Assembly: GCA_018263575.1 (NCBI GenBank)
Contig: JAANWX010000004.1
Location: forward strand, 39,464 to 103,463
Direction: 5' to 3'
DNA length: 64,000 nt
DNA from: Chloroflexota bacterium
GTDB lineage: Bacteria > Chloroflexota > Anaerolineae > Anaerolineales > UBA11858
Below are positions 1 through 7,786 of this stretch, piece by piece. A model generated the notes under the pieces. That model did no database searches, was not told the origin of the DNA, and saw nothing but the letters and a program-made list of their open reading frames with translations. The position numbers were made by a program, and so were the translations under genes. Position 1 is the stretch's first letter. The number at the start of each line of letters is the position of its first letter.

Positions 1-61
1 GCATAATACTCTGTCATGTGCTAAACTCCGTTTTAATAAAATTTTTATTATCTCCTCGATA

Positions 62-260
62 TTTTGGGGAAACAAATTCGTAGCCGGGGTTTCTACGCCA
101 AGGGCGCACACCGTGACCCCGCAAAAGCGAGATTTGGTACCCCTTCGGGTACACCAAATGGGTGTGCTCGCTTTGCGTACCTCCGGTATGCATGCCCTGT
201 GGGCAACACCGTGTGGCTGTGCGAAAATCTCGGCTACATTTCCCCTGAATTTTGAGAAGA
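62..260. repeat. MITE-like dispersed repeat, family A, copy 1 (long variant, about 200 bp)
   Basis: Core 80-237 runs GTAGCCGGGGTTTCTACGCC...GCGAAAATCTCGGCTAC. It is near-identical in reverse orientation to 21931-22024, with about 64 extra internal bp. The flanks TTGGGGAAAC and CAGGGGAAAT are also shared. A related copy lies at 41337-41449. Confidence 0.75.
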
Positions 261-568
261 CACATTATATACTTAGTGCCGACTTAGTAAGTCTTTGAAA
301 GTTCCTTTATAACTTTCAGACTACGTCACTTTATTTCGATGTGCGCAGAGTCTCCCGACCGCGCACCTGAAGTGACCGAAGGTCTTCGCGAAGCATACCC
401 TCCAGGGTGCCCCTCTTGGGAAAAAATGTGGCTCAATTACCTGGAGACCTGCGGTCAGGACTAGATGGCTGGTCAGGAGACACAGCCATATCTCGGTTCA
501 TGAGGACATAATTCTATAAAGATACTTTTGCATACCTGTAGTACATGGCGGCATAAATTCATTGAGGA

Positions 569-660
569 TTAATATTTGCGCTCAAGGTGCGTTGCACTCC
601 CGTTTTTTGGAGTGCATTGCACCTGGGATACCCCAAAGGATTTCCGCTGTAGAGTATTAG
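569..660 (+). repeat. Dispersed repeat family B, copy 1 (about 92 bp, internal hairpin GGTGCGTTGCACTCC/GGAGTGCATTGCACC)
   Basis: About 90% identical to 5216-5306 in the same orientation. It ends 45 nt upstream of the valS ATG. Confidence 0.8.
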
Positions 661-704
661 GAAAGTATTATATTGCGCACCAACCTTACCAACGGAGAAA
701 AATC

Positions 705-3461
705 ATGACCAAACACACCTTACCTAAAACCTACGACTTTAAAGATACCGAAGAGCGAATTTACAAAATGTGGGAGGAAGACGGATATTTCCAACCGATC
801 AACGATCCCCATCATCCGGAGCACGACCCAACCATCGAACCCTACGTGATTTCTATTCCCCCACCCAATGTGACCGGAAAGCTCCATTTGGGGCATGCCC
901 TATTCGTGAGCATGGAAGACCTCATGATCCGCTACCATCGCATGCAGGGGATCCCTACCCTTTGGGTGCCGGGTTCTGATCATGCTGGCATCGCCACCCA
1001 ACTCAAAGTGGAACAAGCCTTACGAAAAGAAGGCACCACCCGTGAGGAAATTGGCCGGGAGGAATTCCTGGAGCGCACCTGGGCCTGGAAAGAGGAGTAT
1101 GGTGGTCATATCACCAACCAGATCCGCCGCCTGGGCGCTTCTTGTGATTGGAGCCGGGAACGTTTCACGCTGGATGAAGACCTCCAACGTGCCGTGAGAG
1201 AGGCCTTTGTCACCCTATGGGAAAAGGGGCTCATTTATCGTGGCCCACGGCTGATCAATTGGTCACCTTCCCTGCAAACCGCTGTCTCCGATATTGAGGT
1301 TGAACACGCCGAGGAAGAGGGCACGCTTTACTACTTCAAATATATGTTGGCGGATGGTACTGGGGAGTATATCCCCGTGGCAACCACCCGCCCGGAGACC
1401 ATCCTGGGAGATACGGCTGTCGCCGTACATCCGGAAGATGAGCGTTACCAGCAATTTATAGGGAAGAAAGCCCTGGTCCCCATCCTGGGGCGGGAGATCC
1501 CCGTCATTGCCGATGAATACGTCACCCGTGAATTTGGGACTGGGGCCTTGAAGATCACGCCGGCCCATGATCCCAATGACTATGAAATCGGCCTGCGCCA
1601 TAACCTAGAGATGATATCCATGCTTGACAAATCCGCCAAAGTGACCGAAGCAGGCGGCCCGTACCAAGGCCAAGATCGTTTCGAGGCCCGGAAGAATCTC
1701 TGGGAGGATATGCGGGAGGCTGGGCTGGTGCTCAAGGAAGAAGCCTATGTCCATCAGGTTCCCCGTGCCCAACGCGGCGGTGAAATCATTGAGCCCATAA
1801 TCTCCACCCAGTGGTTTGTGAACACTAAGCCTTTGGCCGAAAAAGCTTTGGCCGCGGTCAGGGATGGGGATATTGAAATTGTTCCTGAGCATTTCAAGAA
1901 AGTGTATTATAACTGGATGGAAAATATCTTAGACTGGTGCATAAGCCGCCAACTGTGGTGGGGGCACCGTATTCCGGTTTGGTATTGTGATGATTGTGGC
2001 GAAAATTTTGCTTCCCGTGAAGACCCCACCGCTTGCGTTGATTGCCAGAGCGAAAACCTTCGCCAAGACCCCGACGTGCTCGATACCTGGTTCTCTTCGG
2101 GTTTATGGCCTTTCTCCACCCTGGGCTGGCCAGAAGCAACACCTGACCTGAATTATTTCTACCCCACTACCATGATGGAAACAGGGTACGACATCCTTTT
2201 CTTCTGGGTGGCACGCATGATCATGATGGGCTTGGAGTTCACTGGTGAAGTCCCCTTCAGCGAAGTTTACCTGCACGGCATCATCCGCGACGAGCACGGT
2301 AAGAAAATGTCCAAATCCTTTGGCAACGCCATCGACCCACTTGAGGTCATGGATGAGTTAGGCACCGATGCCCTGCGCTTCACTTTGCTTGTGGGATCAA
2401 CGCCGGGCAACGATACCAATCTTAGCTTGGAGAAGGTGGAGGCCAACCGCAACTTTGCCAACAAGGTTTGGAACGCGAGCAGGTATGTGTTGAGTGCGCT
2501 GGAGAAGGTTACTCTTGGGGGTGAGGGCCAAACGTGGGAGAAGTCGGGGGTGAAGGCCAAACGTGGGAGAGGGGCCGGGGGTGAGGGCTGGACTCTAGCC
2601 GACTCCTGGATTTGGGCGCGACTCCAAAATCTGATCCGCAGTGTAGAGCGCTTATTTGGCAATCATCAATATGGCGAAGCCGGGCGCCAGATTTATGCAT
2701 TCTTCTGGAGTGAGTTTGCCGACTGGTATTTGGAGATTTCCAAGGGGCAAATCGCACAGGGCGGGGATCGAGCTTATTACACCGTCGAGACCCTAATCCG
2801 TGTTTTGGATATGTGTTTGCGATTGCTGCATCCATTTACGCCCTTTGTCACCGAGGAGTTGTGGCAGCATCTCAGAGCCGCTCTTCGAGATTCTCCTTAC
2901 GCAGGGATGATAGAGGATTGGCCCGAAGCCCTGATAGTGGCCCCATGGCCTGAATCCCGCCCCGAGGAGGGATGGGAAGAGGCCAAGGTGGAGGATTTCT
3001 CTCTCGTTCAGGAAATCATCCGCATCATCCGCAATCTGCGGGCGGAGAAAAACGTCAAGCCTGGACACTGTATCCCGGCGGTTTTTGTCTCGCGCGAGTA
3101 TGGTGACCTTCTTCGAGAACAGCGAGAGACTTTGGCCGCCTTGGCTCATCTTGATATAGAGGAGTTGTCTTTCCACAAAACTATGACCGACAAACCTGAG
3201 GGCCACATCGCCCTGGTGGCGGGGCCGGTGGAGATTTACCTCCCTCTGGCGGGGTTAGTTGATCCTGATGAGGAACGTGCCCGCCTAAAGAAAGAGTTGG
3301 CAGAAGCCGAGGGACAAATCCAACGCCTGGAAGGTTTGCTAGCCAGCCAATTTGCTGAAAAAGCTCCCCAGGACGTTGTCCGGAAGGAACGTGATAAATT
3401 AGCTGCCTATCAAGAAACTGCGCAAACTGTCCAAGAACAGCTTGCTATGCTGGCAGATTGA
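705..3461 (+). CDS. valS: Valine--tRNA ligase
   Basis: 918-aa ORF from ATG 705, with GGAG at 694-697. Carries the class I HIGH-type motif PPPNVTGKLHLGH, the KMSKS motif (GKKMSKSFGN), a CP1 editing domain and a C-terminal coiled coil. The ORF-track start at 576 lies inside repeat family B and was rejected. Confidence 0.95.
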   Translation: MTKHTLPKTYDFKDTEERIYKMWEEDGYFQPINDPHHPEHDPTIEPYVISIPPPNVTGKLHLGHALFVSMEDLMIRYHRMQGIPTLWVPGSDHAGIATQLKVEQALRKEGTTREEIGREEFLERTWAWKEEYGGHITNQIRRLGASCDWSRERFTLDEDLQRAVREAFVTLWEKGLIYRGPRLINWSPSLQTAVSDIEVEHAEEEGTLYYFKYMLADGTGEYIPVATTRPETILGDTAVAVHPEDERYQQFIGKKALVPILGREIPVIADEYVTREFGTGALKITPAHDPNDYEIGLRHNLEMISMLDKSAKVTEAGGPYQGQDRFEARKNLWEDMREAGLVLKEEAYVHQVPRAQRGGEIIEPIISTQWFVNTKPLAEKALAAVRDGDIEIVPEHFKKVYYNWMENILDWCISRQLWWGHRIPVWYCDDCGENFASREDPTACVDCQSENLRQDPDVLDTWFSSGLWPFSTLGWPEATPDLNYFYPTTMMETGYDILFFWVARMIMMGLEFTGEVPFSEVYLHGIIRDEHGKKMSKSFGNAIDPLEVMDELGTDALRFTLLVGSTPGNDTNLSLEKVEANRNFANKVWNASRYVLSALEKVTLGGEGQTWEKSGVKAKRGRGAGGEGWTLADSWIWARLQNLIRSVERLFGNHQYGEAGRQIYAFFWSEFADWYLEISKGQIAQGGDRAYYTVETLIRVLDMCLRLLHPFTPFVTEELWQHLRAALRDSPYAGMIEDWPEALIVAPWPESRPEEGWEEAKVEDFSLVQEIIRIIRNLRAEKNVKPGHCIPAVFVSREYGDLLREQRETLAALAHLDIEELSFHKTMTDKPEGHIALVAGPVEIYLPLAGLVDPDEERARLKKELAEAEGQIQRLEGLLASQFAEKAPQDVVRKERDKLAAYQETAQTVQEQLAMLAD

Positions 3462-3475
3462 TCTATGATGATGTT

Positions 3476-3524
3476 GGGAGATTGGTGCGTTGAGCAACCA
3501 GCCCGCCAATCTCCCTTATTTTTC
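3476..3524 (+). terminator. Intrinsic terminator after valS
   Basis: Stem GGGAGATTGG...CCAATCTCCC followed by TTATTTTT, 15 nt after the valS stop codon. Confidence 0.6.
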
Positions 3525-3534
3525 AAATTTCTAT

Positions 3535-3564
3535 TTGACAAATGATTCTCTGTTTTGTTACAAT
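3535..3564 (+). promoter_or_regulatory. Candidate sigma70-type promoter
   Basis: TTGACA (3535-3540), an 18-nt spacer, then TACAAT (3559-3564). It would give a leader of about 220 nt before the 3788 gene. Confidence 0.3.
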
Positions 3565-3687
3565 AGAATAACAAGGGCTTATCAAGCAAACGCTAGATTG
3601 ATGAGGGGGAGAATAGAATTTATAGGAGGTGTATCTATTAAGCCGAAGGCTGTTTTCTGAAAACTTGTATTCAATTTTTTTAGATGG

Positions 3688-3759
3688 GGCTTACGCACGA
3701 TAGTATCTTCAGGGTAGTGGGCCAATCGAATTGGTCGTGGGCTGAGAACGTGTAAGTCC
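3688..3759. repeat. MITE-like repeat family F, short copy
   Basis: Ends are GGCTTACGCACG and CGTGTAAGTCC (inverted). The internal module GGGTAG-GGCCAATCGAATTGG is shared with 51285-51395. Confidence 0.6.
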
Positions 3760-3787
3760 TAAGTATTGGACCATAGTTAGGAGGTAT

Positions 3788-5059
3788 ATGATGCCTATCA
3801 CAGTCTATCTTGAAATTGCTATTGGCGTAGTGTTTGTGTGGATTATGCTCTCTATGGGTGTGAGCGCATTGTTGGAATGGTTTGCAGGGATTCGTAAATG
3901 GCGGGCTAACGACCTCGAAGCAGCCATCAAAAACCTTCTGGAGAAAGCGGATAAGGACGATAGCGCGAATTCTCTGGCGAGTGAACTATACAGTCACCCC
4001 TTGATAGAGTCCTTGTCGAGTAAAGTAGGAGGGCTTCCCTCTTATATCCCTAAGAAAACCTTTGGGCTGGCTCTCTTTGATATTCTCATGACGGCTGGTA
4101 CGGAAGAATCCGTGTTCAAAGTTTGGGGTGAGGAACTCGATAATCTCGAATCTAAGGGAGCGAAACAAGCCATCATGGAGAATGTTCTCAATGAATTGGC
4201 TCGCTTTGCCAAATCCAATATCTCAGAACAAAGCAAGGACAGATTAATGCGCAGATTATTTGCCGAGGCGGAAAAGATTCAAGCCAAGCTCCTTGCAAAA
4301 TATCCTGATTCTTATTATGACACCGCACTCAAGTATTTTTTGAGCGAAGAAATGCTTGAGGAGTTTGCTGATGAGCTCTTGAGCAAATCAGATTATGGTA
4401 TGCTCACTGAAGGTGTGGCTCGCTTTGCTGTGAACAGCCCCACGCTGATGGGGACCATTGACGGCTTGCTCGTGGACGCCCAAGGATACCTTGAAAAAGG
4501 TGAAATTGCCATAAAGGAGTTCCGAACTAGCCTCGAGACCTGGTTCAATGATTCTATGGATAGGTTGGGCGGTTATTACAAGCGTCGCGCCCAATTATTT
4601 TCCTTTTTGTTTGGCCTCGGATTGGCCATTACTTTGAACATTGACTCAGTGGCCGTCGTTCGCACCTTGTGGTTAGAACCCACAACTCGCTCAGCCCTGG
4701 TAGCGGAGGCCCAGTCGCTGGAAAGTTTACCAGAAGAAGATGGCTCTGTGAGAGATACTGTGGACAGGATCGATACAAAGCTCGAAGAATTGACTCTTCC
4801 GGTAGGTTGGACAAAACTTGATGAGACAACTCGCCAGGCGGTGGACAATGATCCTGAAAAATGGCACGTTAACGGATTTGTAGCCGCGGAGACGTATCCG
4901 GCAGGCATGCCCTTTACTGCCTTTTTCTTTCTAGAAAAAGTGGTGGGTTTTGCGCTAAGTGGCGCTGCGGCCGCTCAAGGCGCGCCCTTCTGGTTCGAAG
5001 TCCTTAAGAAGATGGTCAACGTGCGTTCCTCCGGCAAAAAACCTGACGAGGAAGAATAG
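3788..5059 (+). CDS. Conserved hypothetical membrane protein (N-terminal TM, long helical cytoplasmic region, two further hydrophobic segments, C-terminal GAPFWFEVLKK motif)
   Basis: 423-aa ORF with AGGAGG at 3779-3784. No catalytic motif recognised. Confidence 0.75.
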   Translation: MMPITVYLEIAIGVVFVWIMLSMGVSALLEWFAGIRKWRANDLEAAIKNLLEKADKDDSANSLASELYSHPLIESLSSKVGGLPSYIPKKTFGLALFDILMTAGTEESVFKVWGEELDNLESKGAKQAIMENVLNELARFAKSNISEQSKDRLMRRLFAEAEKIQAKLLAKYPDSYYDTALKYFLSEEMLEEFADELLSKSDYGMLTEGVARFAVNSPTLMGTIDGLLVDAQGYLEKGEIAIKEFRTSLETWFNDSMDRLGGYYKRRAQLFSFLFGLGLAITLNIDSVAVVRTLWLEPTTRSALVAEAQSLESLPEEDGSVRDTVDRIDTKLEELTLPVGWTKLDETTRQAVDNDPEKWHVNGFVAAETYPAGMPFTAFFFLEKVVGFALSGAAAAQGAPFWFEVLKKMVNVRSSGKKPDEEE

Positions 5060-5088
5060 AACTTGGCTCATATGTCAAATCTGTGCAA

Positions 5089-5127
5089 GCGAGGTGACAG
5101 TCACTTGCGAAGTGACTGTCACCTCGC
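5089..5127. repeat. REP-like hairpin family C, copy 1
   Basis: Perfect palindrome GCGAGGTGACAGTCACTT-GCG-AAGTGACTGTCACCTCGC. The same GGTGACAGTCACTT/AAGTGACTGTCACC core occurs at 17535-17578. Confidence 0.8.
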
Positions 5128-5215
5128 CATCACCTCCGAGGTTTATGTCTTTATAACCTCTGAGGTCTTGGGGACGGAGCTAATAAACTGGGGAATGTAC
5201 TAGTAGATGGCGGGG

Positions 5216-5306
5216 TTAATATTTGCGATCAAGGTGCGCTGCACTCCCGTTTTTGGAGTGCATTGCACCTGGATACCCCCAAAGGACTTCCGCTGTGGAG
5301 TACTAG
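5216..5306 (+). repeat. Dispersed repeat family B, copy 2
   Basis: Matches 569-660. It ends 41 nt upstream of the ATG at 5347. Confidence 0.8.
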
Positions 5307-5346
5307 TTCACTAACACACCAGGATTAATAAAATACGAGGCAACAC

Positions 5347-5910
5347 ATGTCGAAAAAACTTTCTGCTTGGTTGCACCAGATCACAAACAATTGGGTCGCG
5401 CTGATTGCCCTGGTGATCTTTTTCGCCTTCACGGCCATTGTCTTACCCCGACAAGCGGCCAAAGCTGAGGCCCAAACCGGTCAGTCCACCTCCCCGGATA
5501 CTTCTTTCACGTACTCTGTGGATGACCTCTACCACATGGCTGAAGCCTATGGGGAACAAGGACGAAAAGCTTATGTGCGAGCCAGATTTACCTTCGACCT
5601 GATTTTCCCCGTAGTCTACGTGCTTTTTCTTGTCACGGCAATTTCTTTTCTGGCCGGCAAAAGCTTGGAGCCAAACAGCCCTTGGATGCGCGCTAACCTT
5701 ATTCCTGTATTGGGGGCAACCTTTGATTACCTGGAAAATATTTCTACGTCTCTGGTCATGTGGCGTTACCCCGCTCCGATGCCCATTGTGGCCTTTCTAG
5801 CCCCTGTTTTCACCTTCGTGAAGTGGATTTTCGTCGGAGGGAGTTTTCTGATCCTCGTCTTGGGCGTGGTGGGGTGGGTGTGGAAATTTGGGAAAAAAGC
5901 CCAGGGATGA
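5347..5910 (+). CDS. Hypothetical integral membrane protein (about 4-5 TM)
   Basis: 187-aa ORF with hydrophobic segments. No recognisable family. Confidence 0.6.
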   Translation: MSKKLSAWLHQITNNWVALIALVIFFAFTAIVLPRQAAKAEAQTGQSTSPDTSFTYSVDDLYHMAEAYGEQGRKAYVRARFTFDLIFPVVYVLFLVTAISFLAGKSLEPNSPWMRANLIPVLGATFDYLENISTSLVMWRYPAPMPIVAFLAPVFTFVKWIFVGGSFLILVLGVVGWVWKFGKKAQG

Positions 5911-5919
5911 AATACAACC

Positions 5920-6450
5920 ATGACCAATGAGAAAAAGGGCTTAGTGCTCATCAACACTGGAAAAGGAAAAGGAAAAACCACGGCCGCCCTGGGCGTTCTG
6001 TTCCGGGCTTGGGGGCAAGGCTTTCGGATCTGCGTTATTCAATTCATCAAAGCGGAAACCGGACGCTGGGGCGAGGTCAAAGCGGCCCGAAAATTAGGCA
6101 TCGAATGGCATAAAACAGGGGTTGGTTTTGCACGGACCCCCCAAGAAAAGGCCGAGGCCGCCGCAAAGAGCCAGGAGGCGTGGGCTTTGGCCCAGGCGAA
6201 GATTGTCTCAGGGGAATACGATTTAGTCATCCTCGATGAATTCACTTACCCCCTCTCTTATGGTTGGCTCGATACGGCGGAGACCGTTGCCTGGTTCCAG
6301 GAGAACAAACCTCCTGACCTCCATCTCCTCATCACCGGACGAGATGCTCCCTCGCCTTTGATTGACTACGCTGACACCGTCACCGAAATGCGCAACGTTA
6401 AACACGTCTTCGAGCAAGGCCGTAAAGCCCAACGGGGGATTGATTTTTAA
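5920..6450 (+). CDS. cobO: Cob(I)yrinic acid a,c-diamide adenosyltransferase (CobA/CobO/BtuR family)
   Basis: P-loop NTGKGKGKTTAALG, LDEFTY, ITGR, and the C-terminal VKHVFEQGRKAQRGIDF typical of the family. Confidence 0.85.
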   Translation: MTNEKKGLVLINTGKGKGKTTAALGVLFRAWGQGFRICVIQFIKAETGRWGEVKAARKLGIEWHKTGVGFARTPQEKAEAAAKSQEAWALAQAKIVSGEYDLVILDEFTYPLSYGWLDTAETVAWFQENKPPDLHLLITGRDAPSPLIDYADTVTEMRNVKHVFEQGRKAQRGIDF

Positions 6451-6596
6451 GGTGTTAATCTGGCAACTTGTTCACCTGATTACTTGATCTCTAACCTCAA
6501 ACATGCGGTATAATTTGAGAAAGCAGACACATACAGAATCAAAACAATCCGTCGCACACCCCATGTGCCTCATTAGACGATTATCAGGAGGCTGAA

Positions 6597-7682
6597 ATGC
6601 TTACATCTTTTACGGTAGAGAACTTTCGAGGTTTCGATTCCCTAACAATCGAACCATTTGAACGCATTAACCTTATTGCTGGGCGGAACAATATTGGCAA
6701 AACAGCCTTGCTTGAAGCGTTTTGGTTGTACCATGGGTACCATAACCCTGAGCTTGGTCTAAGACTGCGCCAATTTCGAGGATTTGATAAATTAAAAAAG
6801 GATGAGTTCTTATGGGACATGTTCTTAGATTTTGATCCTCAGAAAACTATCGCCCTATCCAGTCGTGATCAAGATAACAGAGTGCGTTCTTTGAGAATTA
6901 CAATCCAAGAACACCCGACATCCCGTGTTTCTCTTCATAAACGACCAGTAGACGGGAATGACATTAACAGCTTGGCTGCTGAGAGCATAGAACAGGAAAC
7001 AACCGCTCCGATTGAGTCTAGAATACTTTTAGATTATACAGATGCGTTGGGAGAAAAGGTTCAGGCATATGCTGATGTTGAATCAGACAGTATTCGTTTT
7101 AAGCGACCGCCGAATGTAGAAGTTCCCAATGGTATATTTTTGGCTGCTCGGCGGCGTGATAATTTGGAAGCACTCGCCGAGCGCTTCAGTAATCTGGCAG
7201 TGGACAATGAAGAAGATAAAATTGTCCAAATCCTGGGGATTATTGAACCGCGTCTTAAAGGCTTGACTGTACAGCATAGGGGCGGCAGCCCTATTATTTA
7301 TGGTGATATCGGCGCGGGGCGGAAGATGCCTCTTCCGTTGATGGGGGATGGTACAGGTCGCTTGTTGGGCATTGCCCTAGCCATCTCTGAGGCCCGGGAT
7401 GCCATCCTGTTGGTTGATGAAATTGAAAATGGCTTGCACTACACTGTGATGGAAAAGGTTTGGCGAGGGATTGCTAATTTAGCGCGAGAGTATAATGTTC
7501 AGGTATTTGCTACTACACACAGCGAGGAATGTCTGCGTGCTGCTCACCGGGCCTTCTCGGCTAACCAGCAGTATGATTTTGCCCTGCATCGTTTGGAACG
7601 GGTCGAGGGGAAGATTCAAGTAGTCACTTTTGACCGTGAGACCCTGGATGCGGCCATTGAAATGGATGCGGAGGTGCGGTAA
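6597..7682 (+). CDS. AAA family ATPase (AAA_21/AAA_15, RecF/SMC/OLD-N-like ABC-type ATPase)
   Basis: N-terminal FTVENFRGF...LIAGRNNIGKTALLEA (Walker A). C-terminal LLVDEIENGLH (Walker B/D-loop) and ATTHSEE. Strong RBS AGGAGG. Visibly lower GC than cobO and mutS. Confidence 0.8.
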   Translation: MLTSFTVENFRGFDSLTIEPFERINLIAGRNNIGKTALLEAFWLYHGYHNPELGLRLRQFRGFDKLKKDEFLWDMFLDFDPQKTIALSSRDQDNRVRSLRITIQEHPTSRVSLHKRPVDGNDINSLAAESIEQETTAPIESRILLDYTDALGEKVQAYADVESDSIRFKRPPNVEVPNGIFLAARRRDNLEALAERFSNLAVDNEEDKIVQILGIIEPRLKGLTVQHRGGSPIIYGDIGAGRKMPLPLMGDGTGRLLGIALAISEARDAILLVDEIENGLHYTVMEKVWRGIANLAREYNVQVFATTHSEECLRAAHRAFSANQQYDFALHRLERVEGKIQVVTFDRETLDAAIEMDAEVR

Positions 7683-7753
7683 TGGGCAAAGCAATTACTA
7701 GACCGAAATTGCTTCTTGTTGAAGGTAAGGATGAGTACAAACCGGCCCCGTGA
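7682..7753 (+). pseudogene. 23-codon stump of a Toprim-like (DUF3226/DUF4276/OLD-type) partner gene
   Basis: ATG overlaps the ATPase stop (TAATG). The peptide is MGKAITRPKLLLVEGKDEYKPAP followed by a stop. LLVEGKDE resembles the N-terminal Toprim acidic motif of the usual partners of these ATPases. Confidence 0.4.
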
Positions 7754-7786
7754 ATAACTTTTAGACAGCTATCCAAAAATGAACCC

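Noticed and set aside
14-265. 83-aa ORF, and the N-terminal extension of ORF 21981-23552, sharing the peptide RGHGVRPWRRNPGY
   Set aside because: The shared peptide is the translation of MITE family A in two orientations. There is no RBS or coding context. A real gene probably starts on the minus strand at 17 (ATG preceded by GGAG), but only 5 codons fall in the window, too few to call.
265-704. T-box leader upstream of valS
   Set aside because: No T-box sequence (AANNNGGGTGGTACCGCG-like) or specifier/antiterminator architecture is present. The region consists of dispersed repeats.
5911-5919. Cobalamin riboswitch upstream of cobO
   Set aside because: cobO starts 9 nt after the preceding gene, leaving no room for a leader.
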